Origin: Raillietiella orientalis
Taxonomy: Eukaryota
Assembly (NCBI GenBank): GCA_036172245.1
Contig: JAYWIR010000012.1
Location: 2,480,001 to 2,544,000, forward strand
Length of the DNA stretch: 64,000 nucleotides
Reading direction: 5' to 3'
A program made the translations under genes and the position numbers. Below are positions 13,301-22,882 of the stretch, in pieces (the first letter of the stretch is position 1; each line of letters opens with the position of its first letter). The notes below the pieces were generated by a model, which saw nothing but the letters and a program-made list of their open reading frames with translations, was not told where the DNA came from and ran no database searches.

Positions 13301-15399
13301 GGAACGGTGGCGGGAGGGAGGGTGTCGCTTTCTGGGGAGCACGAAAGCCCGAGGAAGCGGCGCTTTCTTCGAACGGGCAGCCCCGAAAGGGCGTTCCGTG
13401 GCAACTCGGGACGTGGCCAGCCAACATCCACTGCACGCTCAAGGGGAGCCCGGGCCCTTGACTAGGGGAAGGGACGCTGCCCCTCAGGAGTGCTGCCTCT
13501 CGGAGCTGAGCGTCGGCCGTCCACCTCAGGGAAGTGCGAAAGGGAGGGGGGGATGCTTGTCCTGGAGAATTAGCGGCGGGACGGGGGGCAACCCTTACCC
13601 TCCACTCCAACACCACCTGTGGTGTCGCTCCAGACACACTACGCTCTTCCCACACGGCCGCTCCTGCTGCTGCTCTGGAAGCCGCGACGTTCCCAGAGTT
13701 CTTCCGGAAGAAAGGGGGAGGGGAAGGGGGAGAGAGCGTCCCTCTTCTCTGCGGGGTCTTCGAGGCCGGAAAGCAGATGCGCGTCCCCCCTCATGTAGAC
13801 CGGACGGACCGGTTTCGACCGGGATGGCCACTTTTATTGGTCATGTGCAGCCGCCATCGTGTCCTCAGGGGCCAGCGCGCGCGACAACTCCCCGCGAGAC
13901 ACGCCCGCCCTCTCGGGGGAAAAAGTCGCTCCGAAGCGAGGAGGAGGGTCGCGAGGTGATCTCTGCTTTCTGCTTTACCATCTCCCTTTCCCCAGGCATC
14001 GAGGAGAAATGGAGGCAGGAGAGGATTCGAGCCAGGATCATCACGAGCGGGGAAAGGGGACAGAAACAGAGAAGGGACTTTCCACTCTGCCTCTGGTCAC
14101 ACCTTCCGCCCCTAGGGGTTGCAAGGAACGTCGTCTCCGTGGAAACGTTCTCATCCCGTGCCGGCTGGCGGCAGGAGAGCGTCCGTCTGCCTCCAGCAGG
14201 AAGCGCCTTGGACGTCTGGGGAAGGGGGGAGGCTGGGGTCCCGGAAGGGGGCGGACCCCTGATTCCACCTCCGGAGTGCGTGGGGAAGTGTGGGGAGGGA
14301 GGGAGAGGAGCCCTCCCTCCCCTCGGCCGCGCGCGTCTGCCTCCCAGGCGCCGCCGTCCTCTTCAAGGTGACGGCCAGATGCCCGTGGATAAGCGGGGCG
14401 GGAGCTTCCTCGGGAAGATGGATGAACGGGACGGGAGCGACACGTGGAGTGCCGCGAATGGAGCGGGGGGATGGGGATGTGCGGAAGAGGGGGAGGAATG
14501 GGGGGGGGGAAAGGAGGGGTTTCCATGCCAACCGAGTAGAACCATCCATTAGCTCCCGAATGCAGCGGGGTCGGCTTGTAACGCCCTCACCTCCCCCCTC
14601 CCCCTCCCCCTCACTCCACAGCAGAGCAGCGAGGGCAGTGAGGCGGGGAACTCCCTCGTTCCCCGTCTCGCTGCCCTCCATGGACAGAAGAGATCCGGGA
14701 TGCCGTCGGCCCAGTGAGGCACCCGCCAGCCTCCGCCATCGCAACCGAGCGCGAGTCTCCTTCCGCCCTTCCTTCCCGCCTTTGCTCCCAGTTTCCTGGA
14801 GTTTATTCCTGCTTCCTTCCTCTTTCCTCTTGCGAGCTTTCAGGGTTCTTCAGGGAGCGGCACTGCCGGCAGGAAGGGACGAGTGGGGTAGGGAAAGGGT
14901 GCAGTAGCGGGACCATGCAGTGGGGTAGGGAAAGGGTCGCTGTGGAGCTTCCCATCCCCAGGGGATCCTCTTTTCCCACGTGACCTGAACCGAGCTCCGT
15001 GGGACGCTTTCAACTCCCGGCTCCGTCAGTCCGGAGGGAACGCGCCCAAGAACCTCAGCGCTGTCTCCCACCCGCCTCTGCAGTGGCAGAGAAGAGGAAA
15101 AAGCAGCAGGAGAAGGGAATTGGGGCGCAGATAGGACAGTGGGAAGATCCTCCGAGGGGAAGGGCACCAAGACGTGTCCGGTCTGGGAAAGCCGGGAACG
15201 GTGGGGTGGAGCCATCGCGCGAAAGGGGAGAGGCAACGAGACAACAGGGGAAGAGCTCCGCCCTTCCCTAGGGGATCGGGGCGAGGAAGAGATGTGGAGC
15301 GGAAGGGCTTTGCCTTCGTTGAAGGGAGTAGGGACTGCTTGGGGTGCGCTCAGATGGGCTCGTTCCTTATTCGCTCCTTCTCTCCTCCCCCTTCTCTCT

Positions 15400-15850
15400 C
15401 TTCCTGCATTCGAGCCATCTGGTCCAGATCTTAGCCGTCAAGAGAAGTTTTCGGAGGAAGGGGGAGAAGGGGAAGACTTCCTTTCAGGGTCCCCAAGAGC
15501 TCTCCAGCCACAACTCCGTCCTCCCCCACCTGACCCTCATCCCCGTTGTCCTTCCTCTCCACTCGAGAGCCAGGCAAATAGAGACCACCCAGGGAACGAC
15601 TTCCGAGGAAGGAAGCGGGTTGAACGGGAAAAGGGTAGCAGGAATGATCTCCTTCCTCATGGCGGCCCCGAATCCCGCGAATGGGGGGAGCGGCAGGATT
15701 CGCGGGAGCCCTCCGAACGCGAGGCCGCCTCCGTAAGGAGGCGGCTCCCATCGTACCAAAAATTTACCGGCGGCGAGGGATGAATGCCTTCCGAGGTGGC
15801 TGCCAACTCTCCCGAAGCGAATCCTCTCTGGGTTCCTTCCCGTCCGCTTC
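15400..15850 (-). mobile_element. Possible LINE RT core fragment
   Basis: ERIRFGRV (~EKAFDRV), AMRKEIIPATLFPFN (~GVRQGxxLSPxLFN) and GMRVRWGR in the expected order; weak. Confidence 0.3.
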
Positions 15851-16649
15851 CAGGAGGAAGGGCCCGTCCCACCCTCCTGCTCCTTTCCGATTGCTTCGAC
15901 AGGGGAACGCAAGCCGGGGTTTTCGGCTTATCGGCTCTGGTTGAGGGTTACTCCACGCCGTGGGAAATCTTGAAGCCGCTGCCAGAGTCTCTCGGGGAGA
16001 ACAGAGGGATGCTGCCTCCCTGGGCGGGGTTGTGCGCGCGCCCTTCGATCCTTTCCCTAGAGCACCCGAGGAGCAGGGACGCGACATGCGACAGAGTCCA
16101 ATCGCCCCCCAAGAGAGAGATTTTTCCGTGGGGTGAAATGCACTCGGAGGCAGGTCGCGGATGAGGAAACGACAGTGGTCATCCGGTAATGAGGTCTCAT
16201 GTCTCGCAGGTCGCGACTTTCCAAGTGCCGTCTAGATGGCTCTCGCATAGTCGCTCGGGAGACTCCCCTCCACTCCGCATCCACTTGTTGCCACAAAGTC
16301 GTCGGGGCCGCGCGACAACGCATTGTTGGAACCGCTGGCTCTCATTGTTGCCGCGCCACCGCCGCCGCCACCCTCCCACTTTTCCGGTCTCCGCGGGGAT
16401 GCTCGCGGACCGCATTGTTGGGGACGAAGCTGTTTCCACGATACCGTCCCGGCGCAGCTGCGTTGGCAGCAGCTCGGTTTGGAATCCTGTGGGAACGAAT
16501 CTGGCTTGGAGGTTAGGAGAAAAAAGGAAAAGAAAATAAGAGGAGGAACCAAGGAGGCCGGGAGGTGGCTGGGGGACGGAAGGGCGCGCGAGGAGAGCGC
16601 TGGTCGGGGCTGGAGGGCTGCAGCCAGAGGTCGCGAGTTCTCGCGAGAA

Positions 16650-17250
16650 GCTGGCTCCTGGCGCCCTCCGCGTCGCCTAAGGGATCCCGCGCAACCTCCA
16701 GCTGCGAGCGGCTGCGGATGTTCCAGCATGAGCCGCTGGCACCTCTCCAGAAGAAAGCAAAATGCGCCCTCCCTCTCTCCAGGAGCCCAGTACGGCGGAG
16801 AGGACAGAGTGCCACTGTCCTTTTTCCCAACACTGGAGCCGATGCCGCAAGGGGTCATCCCCCCCTCACCCCCAGACACCCCACCGGAGCCACCGCCACC
16901 GTCCCCCCCACCTCCGGCAGAAAACCGCTGACCGTTCCAATCCGGGAGGTTGAGGTGCTCCACTCGTGCCCGTTCCTGGAGATGCCTCCTCGGCTGGGAG
17001 CCAATTCTCTCGAGTGCGCGCGTGCGGGAGGAGGGCAGGACGTGGGGAGCAACGGGATGGCGAGTCATCAGAGGCAGCGAAAGAAGTCTCCAGCGGCGAC
17101 AACGAGGAGGATAAGTCTCCGGAACAGTTTGTCGCCCGTACAACGGGGAACCCTCACTTGTCCTGCCTGCCCTGCCTGTCTGCAGCCATGGAAACGGAGG
17201 CGGGTGTGGGGAAGAAAAGCAACGAAAGGAGGGTGGGGTGGGGCGGACCT
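16650..17250 (+). mobile_element. Possible decayed RTE LINE fragment
   Basis: RNLQLRAAAD (~NLRYADD), REVEVLHSCPFLE (~EVEVVxSFxYLG), RRISLRN...TLTCP...QPW (~ISLxTK...LVxP..ETW). Confidence 0.4.
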
Positions 17251-19714
17251 GGCAGTCTATCTGGGGAGAGGAGCACACCAGATGGGTCGGAAAGAGGAAT
17301 CAGGGAAGCGAGAACGAGGATGGGCGGGGTCCTTCGCTTTTTTCCTTTCCTCTTTCCATCGGGAGAACGTCGGGAAACCGGGAAGACTCCTCGTTTGCGC
17401 GCGGGGAGAACCAGGAGCAGTGCAAAAGGTCTGGTTCTGCAGACTGTAGGAAGTCGCGGGGGAGGAGGGCACACGGAAGGTGCGTGCGCTCGGCAAGTGC
17501 CGGTCTCCGTGGCAACCGCGTTGTTTCCCCTCCCGCATGAGAGAGGCACGTGCGTTCTCTTCGTTGGAGCTCTCCCCAACAGAGCTTCTCAGCTCCATGA
17601 CGACGCGCTTCCCGTGCAGTCAGAGAGCCCGCGAAAGGTACAGCTGCCCAGCATCCCTAAAAAACAAAACAAAACAGCCCAGGGCCCACGATCCCAAGGA
17701 GACCGGGCGGGACGAAGGAAATGAGTCGCGTTGAAGGTGGCAGCGCCTCCCGGCGCCGACGTCCCGAGAAAGCTCAGGGGCGACCCCTGAAGACTCTACC
17801 CTCGCCCCACGTCTTCCCTCTTTCCCCAAAGGGACCCGGCATCCTGAGGAGTGCTTCTCCAGGGATCCCGAGAGCACTTCTCCAGGCACTCCGGCAGTGC
17901 ATTACCTCACTGCTCCCTCCGCTTACCTTCGCGAGTGCAAGCTTGCGACCCCAGACCTCCCCCTCGCTTCGCTCCCCGCTGCCTTACAGAGCGGCCCTAC
18001 CCTTCTTCTACGTGGCCTCAGGCGTGCCCACGGCAAGGCGAGATCCCACGTCTTTCCCCTCATCTCCACCCGTCCCCTACCCCTCCTTCCTAGTCTCGAC
18101 CTCGCGGAGGCATCTGATGTGTTCTGGACTGGGCTCAGCCCAGAACGGAGAGCGGAGGGGTGAGCGAGGGTGGAGACGAGGCATGGAGCAGGCTAGCCGC
18201 AGCGTCGATACTGCAACGCGTGGGGATCCGGGAAGAGAGAAACAGTGGCGACGTGACGAAAGACGCAGCTGCGCGAAAGCCGAAGAGTGAGGGGATTGGG
18301 GGGTAGAGTGGGAAGGAAAAAGACGGGGTACGGGTGGAGGAGACGAGAAAGGAGCAGGGAAAGGCTCGAGCTCCTCCCCCTCCTTCCCTTCCTATCCCTC
18401 GAGGTGGCGCGAGCCAGCGGCCGCTGGCCGCGGCACTCGGAAGTCCCGATCGATCGATCAGCGCGCCCCTCCGGAAGCGGCAGGGACGTGGAGGGGGAGG
18501 GAAACGGGGGGGAGAGGGAGGACCGCGCCGCTGGCTCCCCTCCTTCCTCCTCCTCCTCCAGTGCGCCTCTTCGCGCGTGCGCGCCAGCTGCGGACGGCTC
18601 TGCGTTTTATCGATTGCGAAAGGCGGGAGGAGGGCGGAGCGGAGGAGGGGAGGACGGGGAAAGGGGGAGGGAGGGGTGCGGAGCCACGCCGGCCAGCCAA
18701 CTCTCCCTGTTCCCCCCCTCTCCCCTGCCCCCTTCCCTCTGCCCGGGCTGCAGCTCCCCCCTCCGTCCCACCCTTCGTGTCAGTGGGGAGCGGATGGAGG
18801 ACTCGAGCCGTGTCCGAGGGGAGGTCGAGGGTGAGGTGGTGGACGAGGAGAGGAGGTGGGGGTGATGCCGGGGACGGGCGAGCGGGCAGGGCGCGGCGAC
18901 GACGGCCGGTGCCTCCCGCCCGAGGCGCGCGACCTTCCCCGGCCTCCCCCTCCTCCTCGTCGCTGCCTCCCACGCGCGCTCTCCCTGCCCGCAGGGGTGT
19001 GAGCGCTCCTAACAAATCGCCGGGTTGTACTCGGCCGTCGCCGGGTTGTCCGCGCGTGTGACGAGGGCATGTCGAACAAGCGGGGAACACGGCAGCCGAA
19101 CATCGCCGGGGAGCCGCGCTCTCATTGGAGTCGGCACCGCCAAGGAGGAGGAGCGTACGGGCGCCCACCAGCCAGTCAGAACGGAGCGCGATCGATCCGC
19201 TGCGCGCGCCGCCGGCCGGGTAGCGAGCGAGGCGGCAGCGGCCGTCGCCGCTCGCGGCTCGGCGCTCGCGGCGCGGTGCCTGGGAGACGGCGGTAACGAC
19301 GTCCTCTTCCTCCTCCTTCTCGTCGTCGTCGTCGTCGAGGACAACGACGACGGCGACGAGGAAAAGGGGGGGGGGGAGGTGGAGGAGGAGGAGGAGGAGG
19401 ATTCGGGGCGCCGCCGTATCCAGGGGAACGCGCGCCGCGATCACCTGGCTGCGGGGCGATGCCGAGGCGAGGCGCGCGCGCGCGCGCGCTCGCGCGAAGG
19501 GCGCATTCCGACGGACGCGTCTCGCGGGCGACGGACGGCTGAGTAGGGGCGCCCAGACCGGATGCGCTCCCGACCCTGGTGCTGCCGCCGCCGCCGCCGC
19601 CGCGCCGGGAGCGCCGAGTGACGAGCCGACCCGGGAAACCGGGAGCGATCCGGAAGGAGGAGGAGAAGGAGGAGGAGGAGGAAGCGCGCCGCCGCTGCCG
19701 GCGCTGCTGCTGCC

Positions 19715-19774
19715 GTGGTCGTGGTGGTGGAGGTGCTGGTGGTGGTGGTGGTAGTGGTGGTGGTGGTGGTGGTG
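19715..19774 (+). repeat. Imperfect (GGT)n repeat in the presumed 5' UTR or proximal promoter
   Basis: Direct reading; lies about 130-190 nt upstream of the ATG. Confidence 0.85.
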
Positions 19775-19905
19775 CTGTGCCACCGCCGACGGGCAGGGCG
19801 GAGGAAGTGCGGGAAGGGACCCTCCCCTGTGACTCCCCGGACGACACCGTCGCAGCCGTCGCCTTGGAAACGGGGGAAGGAGGAGCAGCGCGGCCCGCGT
19901 GGCCC

Positions 19906-19944
19906 ATGGCCCAGTTCGGGTGCCCCCCGCAGTCCGCAACGCAG
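19906..19944 (+). CDS. mirr: Iroquois/mirror-like homeobox gene, coding exon 1 (MAQFGCPPQSATQ)
   Basis: ATG at 19906 in CCCATGG context, 13 codons, ends CAG|gtaggg (phase 0). The 'QFG...Q' short first exon resembles Iroquois N-termini and joins in frame to exon 2. Confidence 0.75.
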
Positions 19945-20432
19945 GTAGGGACGTTCGCCTTGCTCGCCCCCCAACTCTGCCGCCGCGGCGCCAAGGGCGG
20001 GCCCGGAAGGGAGGGGGAGGCCGGAAGGGGTCGGAAGGTTGGGTTAGTACAACCGCGCGCGAATGGGGCGCGCCCTCCCGCACGAGAAGGGAGGAGGGGA
20101 AGGACACGCGGCTTCCCCTCCTCCCTCCCCTTCCCATCCTCTCTCCCCTGCAAGGTCGGAGGGGGGGGGGGAAGGGCGCTGGGGGCCCGTCCCGGCTGGT
20201 ACCTGGGAGGACCGCGGAGGGTGTGGAGGGAAGGGCGGGAAGGTTTGAGGAAGTCGTCCCCCCCCCCCCCCGCCCGTTCCCTCCCACCCGCCGCCAGCAC
20301 CACCGCCATCGCCGCCGCCACCAGCACCACCTCCGGCACGGCGGCGGCACGTGGGGAGGGAGGGGGGAGAAGGGTAAGGGGGGGTCCAGGGCGCGCAATC
20401 CCTTCCTCCTCCCTACCCATCCTCTCGTGCAG

Positions 20433-20801
20433 ATTTTAGGTCGCCTGGGAGCTTCCGCCGGCGCGACCTCCGGAGGCTCAGCCTCGCCGGACCAGGGCGC
20501 CGTCGCCTCCTGCTCGCCCATGACGACGGCGCCCGGCGTGCCGGTGGGAGCGGGGATCGCCGCCGCTGCTGCTGCCAAGTGCTGTGACGGCGGGAGGGCC
20601 CTCCTGGTGGACCCCTTCACAGGGCGCTCCATCTGCTCCTGCCAGTACGACCCCCAGGCGCAGCTCCTCAGCTACCAGCGCCTGGGGCTGCAGCTCTACG
20701 GGTCTGCCTACCCCGAGCCGACCTTCCTGTCCTCGCTGTCGGGCGACCCGGCACCGCCGCCACCGCCGCCGCCGCCGCCGCCGCCCTTCTATGCCTCTCC
20801 G
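20433..20801 (+). CDS. mirr: Iroquois/mirror-like gene, exon 2 (Cys-rich Iro N-terminal motif, poly-Pro)
   Basis: Pyrimidine tract plus tgcag| acceptor; 123 codons; ends CCG|gtgagt. Encodes CCDGGRALLVDPFTGRSICSCQYD (20580-20651), matching the invertebrate Irx motif CCENGRPxxTDPxxGQTVCSCQYD. Confidence 0.9.
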
Positions 20802-21023
20802 GTGAGTGCCGGGGGGGAAACGAAGGGGAGGATGGGGGAGAGGGGGAAGGGAGCTGACCTCGCCTCCCCGTCCGCCACTGCTCCGCCGCCCCTTTCCTCC
20901 TCCCCGCGCCCTGTAGCCCTTCCCAGCCGACCGCGAGGAGTGGTGGCGGGCAGGTAGGGGGTTGCCCATGACGTATCATTTTAACCCCTTTCCCTGTCTC
21001 TCCCTCCCCCCCCTCCCGCACAG

Positions 21024-21157
21024 GGCGCCAATCTCGACCTCAAGGAGAACATCGGAGCCGCCGCCGCCGCAGCAGCCGCCGCAGCCGCAGCTGCCTCTTG
21101 GCCCTACTCAATGTACTACCCCTACGAAGCGACCCTGGCAGGCTACCCCTTCAACGG
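21024..21157 (+). CDS. mirr: Iroquois/mirror-like gene, exon 3 ([12 protein letters not shown]13[21 protein letters not shown])
   Basis: Acceptor cccgcacag|, donor GG|gtgagt (phase 2). The LDLKEN and YPY...AGYPFN peptides resemble the pre-homeodomain region of mirror. This frame is not shown in the ORF track. Confidence 0.9.
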
Positions 21158-21479
21158 GTGAGTACTTCGTGAGATGCTCGCGGAGGGAGGGAAGGGGGCG
21201 GCAGCGGCACCGCTGCGTCCGTTGCCATGGAGCCGTATCGAACGCACGCTCCCCTTCCGCTCTCTCGTCCGGGAGCCGTTCCTCCCCATCCCTCCAGAGG
21301 CGAGAGCGAGGAGGGGGAGGGAGGGAGGGGAAGAAAGGGGTTGAGCTTGTCTTGGTCGGGAACGAGCCCCTTCCTCCCGCGCGGGGGGGAACGGGGCGGG
21401 GGGAGGGAGGTGGGCAGGCAGGCAGGCGGCGGCATCCCTCCGCTCCCCCTCTGACGCCGCCCCCCCCCTCCCGCCGCAG

Positions 21480-21784
21480 GTACGGGGTGGACCTGAACAG
21501 CGCCCGCCGCAAGAACGCCACCAGGGAGACGACGAGCACCCTGAAGGCGTGGCTGAACGAGCACAAGAAGAACCCCTACCCCACGAAGGGGGAGAAGATC
21601 ATGCTGGCCATCATCACCAAGATGACCCTCACGCAGGTGTCCACGTGGTTCGCGAACGCCCGGAGGCGCCTGAAGAAGGAGAACAAGATGACCTGGGAGC
21701 CGCGGAACCGCGTGGACGACGAGGACAACGAGGAGGACGACGAGGACGAGAAGGGTGCCGCTTCCCGAGTCGCCCGCAAGGAAG
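21480..21784 (+). CDS. mirr: Iroquois/mirror-like gene, exon 4: TALE homeodomain and acidic tail
   Basis: Branch-like ctgac (21451) and ccgcag| acceptor complete the split Gly codon. Encodes [85 protein letters not shown] loop and WFANA define TALE/Irx; RETTST and WEPRNRV are mirror-type rather than ara/caup-type (RESTAT, WEPKN). Donor G|gtgcgt. Confidence 0.97.
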
Positions 21785-21861
21785 GTGCGTCGCGTCCCTT
21801 CCTCCTTCCCCTCCCCCACACCTCCGGGAACGCTACCCTCCGCTCGTTCCTCTTCTTGCAG

Positions 21862-22532
21862 ATCGCCACGAGCCTTTCCTGGAGAGGGGCAGCCCCGAAG
21901 CGTCCGCGGAGTCGCCCTCCCCGCCGACCACCGCCCTGTCTCCCGCGGGTCGCCGCAGGGATTCCCCCCCGCGGGAAGGTGACGGCAGTCCCGCGGGCGG
22001 CCCGGCTGCCGCTGCGGGGGCGGCGGCGACCGCCGCGTCCCCGGCCGGCGAGGGCGTCCCCGCCACCGCCACAGTGCACGCGAAGCCCCGCATCTGGTCG
22101 CTGGTGGACACCGCTACGTCCAACGCCCCATCCTTAAGCGCGTCCAGGTCGACCACCACCACCACACCCTCCTACTCTTGCCCGAACAGGCTGCTCGTCC
22201 CCTCGCTGGGGCGGAAGGCGGCCACCCCTTACCCCCGGATGCTGCTCCGGAAGAGCGAAGCCGGTGGCCCTGCCGCGGGAGGGGAGGGCGGCGCGATGGT
22301 GCCCAGCGAGGACTCTGCGCCCTTTTTCGGCTCCTACGCCAAGAACCTGGGGGGCGGAGCCTCTGCCCTCAAAGGAGGCTTCCCCCCGTTCTCCCTGCTG
22401 AACGGCCCCGTGAGCATCCTGAACGGCTTCCTCGCCCCTGGGGGCGGCGGCGGCGCGACTCCGTCGTCGTCCCCCGCCCCCAACGCCTTCCACAGCAAGC
22501 AGTCGGTGCGCTGCCTGACGGCCGACAAGTGA
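21862..22532 (+). CDS. mirr: Iroquois/mirror-like gene, exon 5 with IRO box, to stop codon
   Basis: Acceptor tcttcttgcag| after a 77-nt intron shifts into the frame carrying [12 protein letters not shown] (IRO box, 22083-22118); TGA at 22530-22532. Exon lengths 39+369+134+305+671 = 1518 nt, giving 505 aa. Confidence 0.88.
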
Positions 22533-22876
22533 GACAACGAGACCCCCCCGTCCCTCCCTCCTCCTCCCATCCCAATGTGCCGCCGCTGCAGCCGCCAGCT
22601 CCTCCCCCGCCACCCCTGCAAGGGCTTTCAGGCTTCGCTCCTCATCCCATTCCATCCGCCTCCCCCTGCCCCAGCCCCTCGCGGTTCCCTTAGCGAGCGA
22701 GAGGGAGAGTTCCGGGATGGCGCCGCCGTCCCCCTCAAGGGAGGAAGGTCGCCCTCGAAGAGGACCCCCGAAGCCCCCTCCTCCTCCCAGCTCCAGTCGC
22801 CACTCCGCCGCCGCGGTGCCCATGGAAACTGCCGTGCAGCGGGCACTCGTCCGAAGAAAAAGAGATATTTATGGAG

Positions 22877-22882
22877 AATAAA
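22877..22882 (+). terminator. Candidate polyadenylation signal AATAAA of the Irx gene
   Basis: First AATAAA after the stop codon (about 345 nt downstream), in a short AT-rich patch. Confidence 0.55.

Noticed and set aside
12891..14552. 553-aa ORF and other long R/G/P/S-rich ORFs (47554-48999, 60182-61363, 40876-42000)
   Set aside because: No recognisable motifs; composition matches random GC-rich DNA.
16150..16340. Tc1/mariner-like peptides (FQQCVVARP; LWQQVDAEW) on the - strand
   Set aside because: Motifs overlap in incompatible order and spacing, and no terminal inverted repeats were seen.
18458..20632. 724-aa antisense ORF with a poly-His run
   Set aside because: Low-complexity translation of the GC-rich promoter and GGT/GCC repeats; no domain; stop scarcity is expected at this GC content.
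20962..22137. 391-aa ORF as an intronless homeobox gene
   Set aside because: Only 21480-21784 is Irx-like; exon 3 and the IRO box are in other frames bounded by good splice sites.
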